Of a DNA stretch of 47,424 bases, positions 26,723 through 36,073 are shown piece after piece. The number at the start of each line of letters is the position of its first letter. The first letter of the stretch is position 1. This DNA is from Deltaproteobacteria bacterium (GTDB lineage Bacteria > Desulfobacterota > Syntrophorhabdia > Syntrophorhabdales > Syntrophorhabdaceae), in the NCBI GenBank assembly GCA_003506795.1, contig DNYO01000002.1:1-47424 (forward strand). The letters run 5' to 3'. The notes below the pieces were generated by a model, which ran no database searches, had not been told where the DNA came from, and saw only the letters and a program-made list of their open reading frames with translations. The position numbers and the translations under genes are program-made.

Positions 26723-27646
26723 ATGCGAGTATCTTCGATCCTGGTGACGGGCGGCGCCGGATTCATCGGCGCCCATTTGACTTCCTCTCTGCTCGAAAAG
26801 GGAGAGCGTGTCGTCGTCCTCGACAACATGTCGTCGGGAAAGCTGGCTAACCTTCAAGCGTTGAAGATCGCGCCCGAAATAATAGTCGATGATATCTCGC
26901 GGAAGGAAAGCCTTGAACCGCTGAAGGCCTACGACGTGAAGAAGATCTTCCACTTGGCGGCTCAGGCTAGCGTACCTCTATCCGTGAAGGACCCGGTCCG
27001 TGATTTTGAAGTGAACGTCCAGGGGACCATCAACATCCTGGAATTCGCCCGGGCCAAAGGGGCTTCCGTGGTCTTCCCTTCCACGGTATCAGTCTATGCG
27101 CCGGACTGTCCCAAACCGATCAGCGAAAACGCTGTAGTCCATGCCAGCTCTCCGTACGGAGCGGCCAAGGCCGCCGGCGAGAACTATTGCTTTGCCTATG
27201 CGAACTGCTTCGGCGTAAGGGTTGTCGTGGCCCGCCTTTTCAATGTCTATGGGCCGCTGATGGCAAAGTACGTCATCCACGATTTCGTGCGAAAACTCAA
27301 GGCCGATCCCAGGAGCCTTAGGATTCTCGGTGACGGTGAACAAATTCGGGATTATCTCTATGTTTCTGACGCCGTCCGGGCCTTGCTACTTCTTTCTGAA
27401 TTCGGACGTTCGGGCCAGGTCTACAATGTAGGATCGGGGAATCCGGTCCGGATCACGGACCTGGCTAGGCTAATTACGGACGAATTGGGATTGAAAGACG
27501 TCGAGCTTGAGTACACGAACGAAAAGATAACGGGCGATATTCATCAATGGTACGCGGATAGTGCGCGTTTGGCCGCCTTGGGTTTCAAGCCCGAGGTTTC
27601 TTTTGCCGTAGGACTACATAAAACGATAACTTCCTTGACCGAATGA
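26723..27646 (+). CDS. NAD-dependent sugar epimerase/dehydratase (GalE-like extended SDR)
   Basis: ILVTGGAGFIGAHL Rossmann motif, catalytic YGAAKAAGE, 307 aa. Confidence 0.85.
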   Translation: MRVSSILVTGGAGFIGAHLTSSLLEKGERVVVLDNMSSGKLANLQALKIAPEIIVDDISRKESLEPLKAYDVKKIFHLAAQASVPLSVKDPVRDFEVNVQGTINILEFARAKGASVVFPSTVSVYAPDCPKPISENAVVHASSPYGAAKAAGENYCFAYANCFGVRVVVARLFNVYGPLMAKYVIHDFVRKLKADPRSLRILGDGEQIRDYLYVSDAVRALLLLSEFGRSGQVYNVGSGNPVRITDLARLITDELGLKDVELEYTNEKITGDIHQWYADSARLAALGFKPEVSFAVGLHKTITSLTE

Positions 27647-27674
27647 GAGAAACGAAATAGCCGAGGATCTTGAC

Positions 27675-28146
27675 GTGACACGTTGCATTCGATGCGCCTT
27701 GACAAAGACAGTGCCGGGAATCACATTCGATCAGGACGAAGTTTGGCTGTTCTACCGGGCTATGATCATTTAATTCCAAGGGCGAGGCTGCGATATCCGA
27801 TCTGATCTCTTCCACACCCCGAGAGGCGGGAGAATTCGACTGCCACGTCCTCCTGAACGACGGCCGGGACAGAAGCTCACGGGCTTATTTCGAGAGAAGA
27901 GTCTTGGGCCTGCGGACCCTGGCCTTCAATCACGACAACGAGTTCCAAACGGATCAGGCCATCACGATTATGCAGAGGATTTATCGTATCAATGATGATC
28001 CCCCCTTAATCGCTCGATTCCGAAGCGATGTCCATCATTGCTTGGTCAAGACCAGTCTTTGCTCTTCTGATTCTTTCTGGAACAACGGCGTATGTCGTAT
28101 GTGCTCCTGCGAGTTTCACAGCGTAGCCTATCGGACGGCCGAATAG
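27675..28146 (+). pseudogene. decayed N-acetyl-sugar amidotransferase-like (PP-loop, WbpG-type) gene remnant
   Basis: GTG 27675 opens TRCIRCALTKTVPGITFDQDEV…, which resembles the C..C…GITFD..GVC zinc-ribbon N-terminus of this family, then stops at 27771-27773. A second frame (through ORF 27904-28146) reads EFDCHVLLNDGRDRSSRAYFERRVLGLRTLAFNHDNEF. That looks like a corrupted fDC.v.lSGGkDSs…GL+pLa…DNgf PP-loop region. Further degraded sequence probably continues to ~28530. Confidence 0.4.
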
Positions 28147-28590
28147 AAGAACATTCTTCTAATTCTATGGGGGGGGGGATCGGCCATGTAGTCGACCGTC
28201 GGTATAAAAGTTGTTGTCGTGGCCCGTTTCAAGAAGGATATCTTTCGATGCCGGAAGTTGTTGCGCGTAAATTTCTGTTTGGCTGAATGGCATGCCTTGT
28301 CAGCTTTAACCAACTTCTCGGATGCACCAAGGATTGTTTCAGCTTCTTTAATATGATCAACGCTGGGCAATTGGAAAGAGCCGTAGCCACAGAGCAGGAG
28401 GGGCCATAATTTCCCAGATCTATGATGGAATCAAGGACCTCCTGCTCCACAACATCGGAATGCCAAGAAAAGAACTTGAGGAACTGATGGGACCTAACCG
28501 CTTTTAGAGGAGAAAAGGCATACCAATGCATTATCAGAATAGGAGTTACTTATAGTTGTTTATAATCAATTGGTTTGAATGAGATTATAG

Positions 28591-30129
28591 GTGCACGGTA
28601 GTATATTGGCGAAAGTCGAGACGTCGTCTCTTCCCTCGGGCAAGCTCTTTTCTGCGAGCTTGATTTATACTGTTGGAGATTTCCTTACGACGGCCATCTC
28701 CGGCTTTCTCCTTATACCGGTCTATTTGCATTACATGACGCCTGCTGACTACGGTATATACAGTACGGTTACAGTCCTAATCAATATGCTCGGAGTCCTA
28801 TTGGCGATGGGCCTGGGCTCTGCCTTGGGGCGATTCTACTTCCTCTATCGTGACCGGGGGGAGGAATACCGGTATCTTGGGAGTATCTGGCTCTTTCAGA
28901 TATTAGTTTCGCTGGCCCTGGTAGTGGCTTTGGCCCTTTGGGGCTCGCCCCTCTGGGCTGCTATCTGTCCCGAAATCCCCTTCCGCCCTTACATCTGGTT
29001 CGTGCTTGCAGGCTCCTTCCTTACTTTCAGCGCTAGTGTCTATCCCTTGTGGCTTAGAGTCCTGGAAAGGCCCGTTGCATTTGTGATCCTGCAGGTCGCA
29101 GGGACCGCTGCCTTTGCGTTGTCCCTGGGCGTGTTTCTGATCCTGCTGCGGCAGGAAGCGCAAGGAGCACTAGGCGCTGCGATTTTTTCCAACGCTCTCA
29201 TTGCACTGGTGGGCCTCGTGGCCCTCGGCAGGAAAGCCACTTGGAGGATCCAGTACAATCTCCTGCGGCCCTCCCTCGACTTCGGAAGGTGGATGGTCAT
29301 CGGGACCTTCGGATACTTCTTTCTGAACAAATCTCAGCTCTTCTTTCTGCAGCACTACGGTGACATGGCTTCCGTCGGCGTCTACAACCTCGGACTGCAG
29401 TTGGGCGGTATCTTGACACTCCTGGCCCTCTCCTTTGCCAAGGCGTGGCAGCCCTTTGTGTATTCCGCGAAGACGTCGGGCGAGGCGGCGGATGCCATTT
29501 CTTCCACGTCGAAGTATTTCGTCGCCGTCATGTTGTACGGGATGCTGGGAATCGCCGTTCTCTCTAACGAGATCCTCCGCGTTGTGGCGAAACCTGATTA
29601 CTTCAAGGCCGGAATCGTCATCAGGCTTGTGGCAATCGCTTCCTTCGTCTACGTCCTATCGAACCTCACCAACACGGGCCTCTTCTACATGAAGAGGCCC
29701 GAATTGGCCCAGGCGGCCATGCTCCTTTCAGCTGGACTGAATGTTGTCCTGAACATGATCCTCATCCCGCGGTGGCAGATGGTGGGGGCCGCCCTGGCGA
29801 TGCTGGCCGCCTTCTCTGTGATGGTCATTTCCGGTTTTTTTTTGGTGCAAAAAGTGATGCACGTGAAGTACGACTGGGCAATGCTTGTTAAGATCACGGG
29901 GATTGGGACGGGACTCCTAGTGACTGAGTGGCTTCTCATTCCCCAGAGGATCGGGTTCCTCGAATCGGGCATCCGGGTGGCTCTCCTGGCCGCCTTTCCC
30001 CTGCTTCTATGGCTGGGGCGCGTATTCAGCAAATCGGAGATCAAAGCGATCCTGTCACAAATTAGCACCACACTCTCCTATATAAGGCGGGCGTTGAAGA
30101 GAAAGACTACCGTGAGCAGACCTGTTTGA
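28591..30129 (+). CDS. wzx: polysaccharide/O-unit flippase, Wzx-like (MOP superfamily)
   Basis: 512 aa with a GTG start and about 12-14 hydrophobic helices throughout. This is the typical Polysacc_synt membrane-protein profile, in a Wzy-dependent gene context. Confidence 0.75.
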   Translation: MHGSILAKVETSSLPSGKLFSASLIYTVGDFLTTAISGFLLIPVYLHYMTPADYGIYSTVTVLINMLGVLLAMGLGSALGRFYFLYRDRGEEYRYLGSIWLFQILVSLALVVALALWGSPLWAAICPEIPFRPYIWFVLAGSFLTFSASVYPLWLRVLERPVAFVILQVAGTAAFALSLGVFLILLRQEAQGALGAAIFSNALIALVGLVALGRKATWRIQYNLLRPSLDFGRWMVIGTFGYFFLNKSQLFFLQHYGDMASVGVYNLGLQLGGILTLLALSFAKAWQPFVYSAKTSGEAADAISSTSKYFVAVMLYGMLGIAVLSNEILRVVAKPDYFKAGIVIRLVAIASFVYVLSNLTNTGLFYMKRPELAQAAMLLSAGLNVVLNMILIPRWQMVGAALAMLAAFSVMVISGFFLVQKVMHVKYDWAMLVKITGIGTGLLVTEWLLIPQRIGFLESGIRVALLAAFPLLLWLGRVFSKSEIKAILSQISTTLSYIRRALKRKTTVSRPV

Positions 30130-30146
30130 GCGGGCAATGGAGCGAA

Positions 30147-31748
30147 ATGCGAGTACGAATAAAAGAGCTGCTGAAGGAGATAAAGCCCCTCAGGGACCTC
30201 CGGATAGCCTACGCCGACGGTAGATTCGACCGTCAGACCAGGGGATTCGTCCGTAGGTATTTCCAGGAGGGGCACACGCGGACCGAGGGAAAAGAGATCG
30301 GCTTTGTGGTCGAACCCTGGCCACTCGACACCGCACTGCCCTCTTATGTCGTGGTCCTGGCCATGGCATTCATGCATCGTGGGCGGCGCGTCCGGATCTT
30401 GTGGGATGACACGCCGTTTGCGACGGGGCCTGGCAACGAGAGGTACTTGCAGCGTCGCATTGGGCGAGTCCTGGAGAGACTGCCCGCTGCCCTACCCGTA
30501 AGTAGGCTTTCGAGTTACTCCCCCGATGCTGTGTCCCTGCTCAGCGGGGAAGACTTCGCCTCGCTCGCGAGGTTGAACACCTTCCGCAAGTTTCTTACGG
30601 AGACGCCTCCTGAGGTGAGCCGGGGCTTCGAAGAAGCGGCCCGCAGGACACTCAACCTCACCGCACGGCGCGTCCAGACCCTATACGGGGCTCTCAAACT
30701 CGACTATGTGATTGCACCCGGGGGCATATACAGAACCAGCGGGGTGTTCGTTAAGGTCGGAAAGAAGATGGGGGTTCGGGTTGCAACACTGGACAGTGGG
30801 CCCACCGTTCTGTTGATAAGTACCGATGGCGTCGCTTCCTATCTGGACGATATACCTAGGGCCTTTCGCGGCCTGAAGCCGGAGGACGACTGGGTCATCG
30901 AAGAGGCGCGTGAGGAGTTCGACCGGCGACTCAAAGGCTCCGACGCCTTCAACTATCAGCGGGTGGCCGCCGCGGGCAACGTGGTATGGAATGGCGTGCT
31001 CATACCGCTCAACCAGAGCTTCGATTCCTCTGCACTCGGTCGGCATCGCGTGTTCGGAAGCCAGACCGATTGGATGCTGGAAACTGTCGCCTGGCTCCTC
31101 GAACATACCACCGAGGACGTGGCGATCCGGCGCCATCCCGTCGAGCGACTCGAAAGGATGAAGAGCCGCGACGATTACAGAGGTAGACTCATGGAGCGCT
31201 TCGGAACAGAACGGCGGATCAGGTACATCGGGGCGGACGAGCCGGTGAACACCTATGACTTGCTTCTCGGGGCTCGGGTGGTGATCCCTCATGTCTCGAC
31301 GGTCGGAATAGAAGCCGCAGCGCTCGGCATCCCCGTGGTGACGCAGAGCGACAGCTACTACGCCGACATGGGTTTCGTATGGAGCGCCAAGACCAGGGCG
31401 GAATACATCGACCTCTTGAGGAAGGCGGTTTCGGGTGAGCTCAGGGTAAGCGAATCCCAAAAAGCCGACGCATGGCGGTGCTACTATCTTTCCCAGCGGT
31501 GCAACTTCTTTCCCTCGCGATTTACTCCGGGCCAGATCACCTCCATCGTGAGAGAGTTACCCGGTTCGATCTTGAGCGGGAAAGACATAGATACGCTTTG
31601 TCAGGCGTACGAGAGCAATAGCCCCCTCGCCCAAGTCGTTCATAATATGAAGCGAGAAGCGGTCTCTGGTGGGTCTGATTCCACGGGTGTTTTTCGGGGG
31701 ATTAGGACCAAAAATGAGGAAGAGAGTCCTGAGAGAAAGAATATTTAG
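30147..31748 (+). CDS. capsule-biosynthesis-type (KpsS/KpsC, Capsule_synth-like) putative glycosyltransferase; candidate nonulosonic-acid transferase
   Basis: 533 aa from ATG 30147, with GGAG 4 nt upstream. The track ORF starts at TTG 30126. Patterns seen: VLIPLNQSFDSSAL…FGSQTDWMLETV…VAIRRHPVE and …VIPHVSTVGIEAAALGIPVV. These resemble the …llPLQ..D.q…f.s…w…lv.K.HP… pattern of Capsule_synth proteins as I recall it. The CDS call is firm; the family call is tentative. Confidence 0.5.
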   Translation: MRVRIKELLKEIKPLRDLRIAYADGRFDRQTRGFVRRYFQEGHTRTEGKEIGFVVEPWPLDTALPSYVVVLAMAFMHRGRRVRILWDDTPFATGPGNERYLQRRIGRVLERLPAALPVSRLSSYSPDAVSLLSGEDFASLARLNTFRKFLTETPPEVSRGFEEAARRTLNLTARRVQTLYGALKLDYVIAPGGIYRTSGVFVKVGKKMGVRVATLDSGPTVLLISTDGVASYLDDIPRAFRGLKPEDDWVIEEAREEFDRRLKGSDAFNYQRVAAAGNVVWNGVLIPLNQSFDSSALGRHRVFGSQTDWMLETVAWLLEHTTEDVAIRRHPVERLERMKSRDDYRGRLMERFGTERRIRYIGADEPVNTYDLLLGARVVIPHVSTVGIEAAALGIPVVTQSDSYYADMGFVWSAKTRAEYIDLLRKAVSGELRVSESQKADAWRCYYLSQRCNFFPSRFTPGQITSIVRELPGSILSGKDIDTLCQAYESNSPLAQVVHNMKREAVSGGSDSTGVFRGIRTKNEEESPERKNI

Positions 31749-32315
31749 CATCAAGGAACGAGGCGTCACTCTCCTGCGCACTTGGCTCCATATGGGGCGG
31801 TTTCGACGGTGGGGTGGGCTGTCGAGGATTGCACCTGGCTTGCGCGAAATTGTCCTATGGCGATAGAAGTAGGGCGCAACGTGACCATCCTGGAATACGC
31901 AAACTTGAATGTCAAAGATCATCGTTCTGATGTAAGAGCCACTATCATCATTGGGGACAATGAAAAAATCGGCCGTCCATATCAACGCATGGGTAGACGT
32001 CGTTATCGAACCGGATGTACTCATCACCCATCGCGTTCTTCTGGGCGATGAGGACCACATGTACTGCGACACCTCGGTGCCGATTCAGTACCAAGGGAGC
32101 AAATTTATATGTCGCGTTCTGCTCGAGGCGGGGTGCTGGATCGGAACAGGCGTGATCATTCTCCCCCGGACTCATCAAGGGAAAAAAATGCGGCAATCGG
32201 AGGGGATTCGGTCGTTACCAAATATGTCCCTGACTATACCGTTGCTGTGGGCAATCCGGCCAATGTCATGAAGCAGCTCGACCCTATATCCTTCCCTGTT
32301 GGTTCTGAGCGATGA
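31714..32315 (+). pseudogene. hexapeptide acetyltransferase disrupted by multiple frame changes (paralog of 25198-25731)
   Basis: Homology to the intact paralog alternates between two frames. The segments are MRKRVLRERIF…GGLSRIAPG, then …PMAIEVGRNVTILEY…IIIGDNEKIGR, then …AVHINAWVDVVIEPDVLITHRVLLGDEDHMY…GCWIGTGVIILP, then …KNAAIGGDSVVTKYVPDYTVAVGNPANVMKQLD. Breaks lie near 31840, near 31975, at the C5 run 32163-32167 and at the A7 run 32182-32188. The final stop forms an ATGA overlap with the next gene. Confidence 0.75.
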
Positions 32316-33508
32316 GCCTCCTCTTTCTTTCAGCCTGCTACGCTCCTCCCCTGGAGGGCGGCTCGGTAGTCTATCTTTACAACATCATCTCCCACATGCC
32401 TCCGGGAGACGTGGTCCTCTTCACCAACGCACGTAGAAACCAGGTTGGTTTTGACGCAACCCAGGCGTACAAGATCTTCCGTAACCGAAGGCTCTGGGAT
32501 GACTTTGGAAAGCGAGCCCAGGTGGGGCTCCTTGCGGAGTGGTTCTTTTCGGTCGCCCGGATCCTCTCGATGCGTGCGGACATCGAACTCCTACATGCCG
32601 GCGAGGTCTATCCTTCAGGTTTAGTGGCTTGGGGGCTCAGTCGCCTTTTTCATAAACCATACGTCGTCTACCTTTATGCGGAGGAACTGACCCAACAAAA
32701 CCGAAGGACGGACCTTCTTTGGGGAAAGCTCAAAAATCTCTTCTACAAGACGGCCCTCCGAAGGGCTGCGGCAGTGGTGGTCGTTTCGGATTACACGGGC
32801 GAGCTCGTGCTCGCATATGGAGTGCCTCCATCTCGGATTCATAAAGTGCTCCCGACCTTGGCAATCAGCAAGAGAGGCGCATGTGGAACCGAGCCCGAAG
32901 TCCGACGCAGGCTCGGATTGCAGCATGATCATCGAATTATCCTCAGCGTGGGCCGGCTCATCGAGAGAAAAGGTCATGACCTTCTAATCCGTGCCTGGCC
33001 GGCAATTATGTCAGCTGTTCCCGAAACTCGGCTGATAATTGTTGGAAAGGGACCGTATTTGTCCAATCTACAGGCGTTAGTCCAGGAAACTGGCGTAGAG
33101 AATGAGGTGACCTTTGCTGGGGCTGTAGACGAAGAAGATCTACAATCCCTTTACAATCTTTGCGAAATATTCGTCATGCCTCATCGTGAACTAGAAAACG
33201 GGGATACGGAGGGCTGTCCGACGGTCTTCTTGGAGGCAGGAGCCCATGGTAAACCAGTCATCGGGGGCCTCGCCGGCGGTGTGAGAGATGCAATTCTTGA
33301 CGGAGAAACGGGATTGTTGGTTGATGGAAAAAACCCTGACGCTATTGCTACTGCTGTAATAAGATTGCTCCGAGATCCGTTGTTGGCAAAACGGCTAGGC
33401 GAGGCGGGAAAACGCCGAAGCGAAGCCGAACTATTACCCGCCTTTGCTGCAGAGCGGGTGATGGCCCTGAGCAAGACGATCATTGAAAGAGCAGATAGAG
33501 TGACTTGA
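32312..33508 (+). CDS. GT4-family glycosyltransferase (GT-B fold)
   Basis: 398 aa. It has the C-terminal GT4 pattern GRLIERKGHDLLI…RLIIVGKGP…FVMPHRELENGDTEGCPTVFLEAGAHGKPVIG…GETGLLVDG. Confidence 0.85.
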   Translation: MSLLFLSACYAPPLEGGSVVYLYNIISHMPPGDVVLFTNARRNQVGFDATQAYKIFRNRRLWDDFGKRAQVGLLAEWFFSVARILSMRADIELLHAGEVYPSGLVAWGLSRLFHKPYVVYLYAEELTQQNRRTDLLWGKLKNLFYKTALRRAAAVVVVSDYTGELVLAYGVPPSRIHKVLPTLAISKRGACGTEPEVRRRLGLQHDHRIILSVGRLIERKGHDLLIRAWPAIMSAVPETRLIIVGKGPYLSNLQALVQETGVENEVTFAGAVDEEDLQSLYNLCEIFVMPHRELENGDTEGCPTVFLEAGAHGKPVIGGLAGGVRDAILDGETGLLVDGKNPDAIATAVIRLLRDPLLAKRLGEAGKRRSEAELLPAFAAERVMALSKTIIERADRVT

Positions 33509-33606
33509 TTAATGTGCGCTTATCGACAGGTACCCGACTCGATAAATATGATCCGATTCCCTTCGCCCGTCTGATTTTGGCCCGGGTGCTGTCAGAATAA
33601 AAACCA

Positions 33607-34821
33607 ATGAGGTCATTCACTCGATTTCTTCTTCTGCTTCTAGTATTTTCCATACCCTGGGAAGAGGCCGTATCTTTGCCGAGATTGGGGACAGTTTCTA
33701 GTCTTCTTGGCTATATTGTTTTATGCACTGCCATCCCGGCCATCGCCTTTTCAGGCGGCTTAAGGAAGCTAAATCGTACGCATTTATTAATAAGCGTTTA
33801 TACATTCTGGTGTATGACTTCCTATTTTTGGGCAATCGACCAAGAAGCAACCACAATTGAGATATGGACGTTGATCCGGCTCGTAGTGCTGGCCTGGTTG
33901 GTCTGGGAATTTGCGCAAGAGGAAAAGGCCCAGATCCAGGTCATGAAAGCATACCTTTTAGGCTGCTGCGTCACAATCGTTGTGCTCCTTCAGGCTGCGA
34001 TGGAAGGGAAGCGTGTGACTATCCACGAAGGGATAGGAATCCGGTATCGTGCATTGGGGATGAACGAAGACGATCTTGCCCTCCTCCTAGTCATTAGCAT
34101 TCCAATTTCCCTCTACCTGGGATCGATCGCCCATCGGCGTAGAAAGTACTCTATGTGGTTGTTTTGGGTTTACGCGATTAGTGCTGGGCTTGGCGTTGTT
34201 TTAACCGGAGCCCGGGGCGGATTTCTTGCTATGGTGGGAGGGCTATTCTTCTGGGGTTTCACGCAGGCGCGGTTTAGCGTAAAGAAATGGCTAGTGCTCG
34301 GGGTATTAATCGCCATAGTCGCGTTAGTTTCTTATTATATTGTTCCCGAATCAATATTGGAACGACTCGGGGGAACGATTACTGAATTGCGTACAGGAGA
34401 CTGGTCTGAGAGAAAATTCATCTTCCAGAGAGGGCTCGACATGTTTATTGTCAAGCCCGTCGTGGGGAGCGGGTTCGGATGCTTCATCTCCCTAGTCAAA
34501 AGAGCCGCGCACAACACTTTCCTCGCTATACTTGTCGAGACGGGGCTTGTGGGCTTAGTGCTATTTCTTTGCATTTTGGCGAGCATTGTGACCGGTGTGC
34601 GGCGTTTGGGCAAAGGACAGCGCTATTTATGGTTGACGGTCTTGCTCATGTGGTGCCTGGGAAGCCTCTCGATAGGGTGGGAGAATGCGAAGGCGACCTG
34701 GTTGATCTTCGGACTTGTGATGGCCCACTCTGCCTCATCGGTGAAGTCCGAGAGGGATAAGCGTGAAGCTGTAATGCGTCCGTGTCACGAAGGACGCACG
34801 TCGCGGAGCTTTCAGTCATGA
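33607..34821 (+). CDS. wzy: O-antigen polymerase/ligase-family membrane protein (Wzy-like)
   Basis: 404 aa and polytopic. It has the Wzy_C-like core TGARGGFLAMVGG…AHNTFLAILVETGLVGLVLFL. Confidence 0.7.
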   Translation: MRSFTRFLLLLLVFSIPWEEAVSLPRLGTVSSLLGYIVLCTAIPAIAFSGGLRKLNRTHLLISVYTFWCMTSYFWAIDQEATTIEIWTLIRLVVLAWLVWEFAQEEKAQIQVMKAYLLGCCVTIVVLLQAAMEGKRVTIHEGIGIRYRALGMNEDDLALLLVISIPISLYLGSIAHRRRKYSMWLFWVYAISAGLGVVLTGARGGFLAMVGGLFFWGFTQARFSVKKWLVLGVLIAIVALVSYYIVPESILERLGGTITELRTGDWSERKFIFQRGLDMFIVKPVVGSGFGCFISLVKRAAHNTFLAILVETGLVGLVLFLCILASIVTGVRRLGKGQRYLWLTVLLMWCLGSLSIGWENAKATWLIFGLVMAHSASSVKSERDKREAVMRPCHEGRTSRSFQS

Positions 34822-34930
34822 AAACTGAATGATATTCTAGTTTACGGTGTTAATAATAGGAGGATACTTCGCCTGCAGATTAAATAATGCGCCTACGCTT
34901 AAGGGGCCGGCCAAATTAGGTTGAGGGAGC

Positions 34931-36073
34931 ATGATGGAAGAAATTAGGGCAAGGGGTTGTCGTCCCAAGATCGCGTTGTTCATCGCGGGCATGGGCGTTG
35001 GAGGAGCGGAGAGGGTATTTTTAAATCTCGCCAGGGAACTATGTCTAAAAGGGTTCTCCGTAGATCTCGTGGCAGGGACTTTTCATGGCGCGGCAAATTT
35101 GGAGTTACTACCTGCGGCCGTAAGGCTCGTCGATCTTAAAATGAACCGTATGTCTCTCGGCAGCCTAAGGTTGATCGCATACCTACGCAGAGAAAAGCCG
35201 GCGGCACTCCTTGCTGCTGGTGATCATACAAACTGCCTTGCTGTCCTTTCTGGCATACTCGCAGGCACCAGGGATCGTGTCTTTATAAACGCGGTTAATA
35301 TGATTTCTCCCCAACTTCTGATGGTCAGTCAGCCAAAACGTTGGTTGTTTGAGAAGTTCATTCGGTTTTGCTTTCCTAGGGCGCGGGCGGTCATAGCTGT
35401 CTCCGAAGGTGTTGCTGCGGAATTAAAAAATACTTTCAGCGTATCTCCGGGTAACCTAAAAGTGATCTATACCCCGATCATTACGAAGGAACTGTCGACG
35501 TTGGCAGCCGCATCGGTTGATCATATCTGGTTTAAGGAAGGAGCGCCTCCTGTGATTATCACCCTAGGAGGTCTTAAACCAGTGAAAGATCAAGAGACTC
35601 TGATCCGCGCTTTCGCTCTTGTCCGACAGACGGCTGACGCTCGATTAGTCATCATCGGCGAGGGAGACCGAAGGAACTGTCTTGAGACCCTCATCAATAA
35701 CCTCGGGCTTAACGGCTATGCTTCGCTAGTCGGTTTTAAGGAAAATCCATTCGCTTTCATAGCGAAATCCAAGGTGTTCGTCCTATCATCGGTGTCCGAA
35801 GGCTTGCCGAGTGTCTTGATAGAGGCCCTAGCCTGTGGTTGCCGCGTTGTCAGCACGGACTGTAATAGCGGCCCTAATGAAATATTGCGGGGCGGACAGT
35901 TGGGACGGCTCGTCCCCGTCGGGAACGTCGCGGCCATGGCAGAAGCCATCTGTGCGAGTCTTCGGGAGGAAGGCGTGACAACCTGCAGGAACGAGGATTT
36001 GATCCCCTTCACAGTGGAAAGCTCCGCGAAGGCATACCTGAAAGTGCTCCTTGGAGAGGAACGCCCAAGTTGA
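34931..36073 (+). CDS. GT4-family glycosyltransferase
   Basis: KIALFIAGMGVGGAERVFLNLAREL N-terminus and VLSSVSEGLPSVLIEALACGCRVVSTDCNSGPNEIL (E-x7-E region). Confidence 0.85.
   Translation: MMEEIRARGCRPKIALFIAGMGVGGAERVFLNLARELCLKGFSVDLVAGTFHGAANLELLPAAVRLVDLKMNRMSLGSLRLIAYLRREKPAALLAAGDHTNCLAVLSGILAGTRDRVFINAVNMISPQLLMVSQPKRWLFEKFIRFCFPRARAVIAVSEGVAAELKNTFSVSPGNLKVIYTPIITKELSTLAAASVDHIWFKEGAPPVIITLGGLKPVKDQETLIRAFALVRQTADARLVIIGEGDRRNCLETLINNLGLNGYASLVGFKENPFAFIAKSKVFVLSSVSEGLPSVLIEALACGCRVVSTDCNSGPNEILRGGQLGRLVPVGNVAAMAEAICASLREEGVTTCRNEDLIPFTVESSAKAYLKVLLGEERPS

Noticed and set aside
30681-31460. 259-aa minus-strand ORF
   Set aside because: It is antisense to the Capsule_synth-like gene and shows no recognisable motifs or start context.
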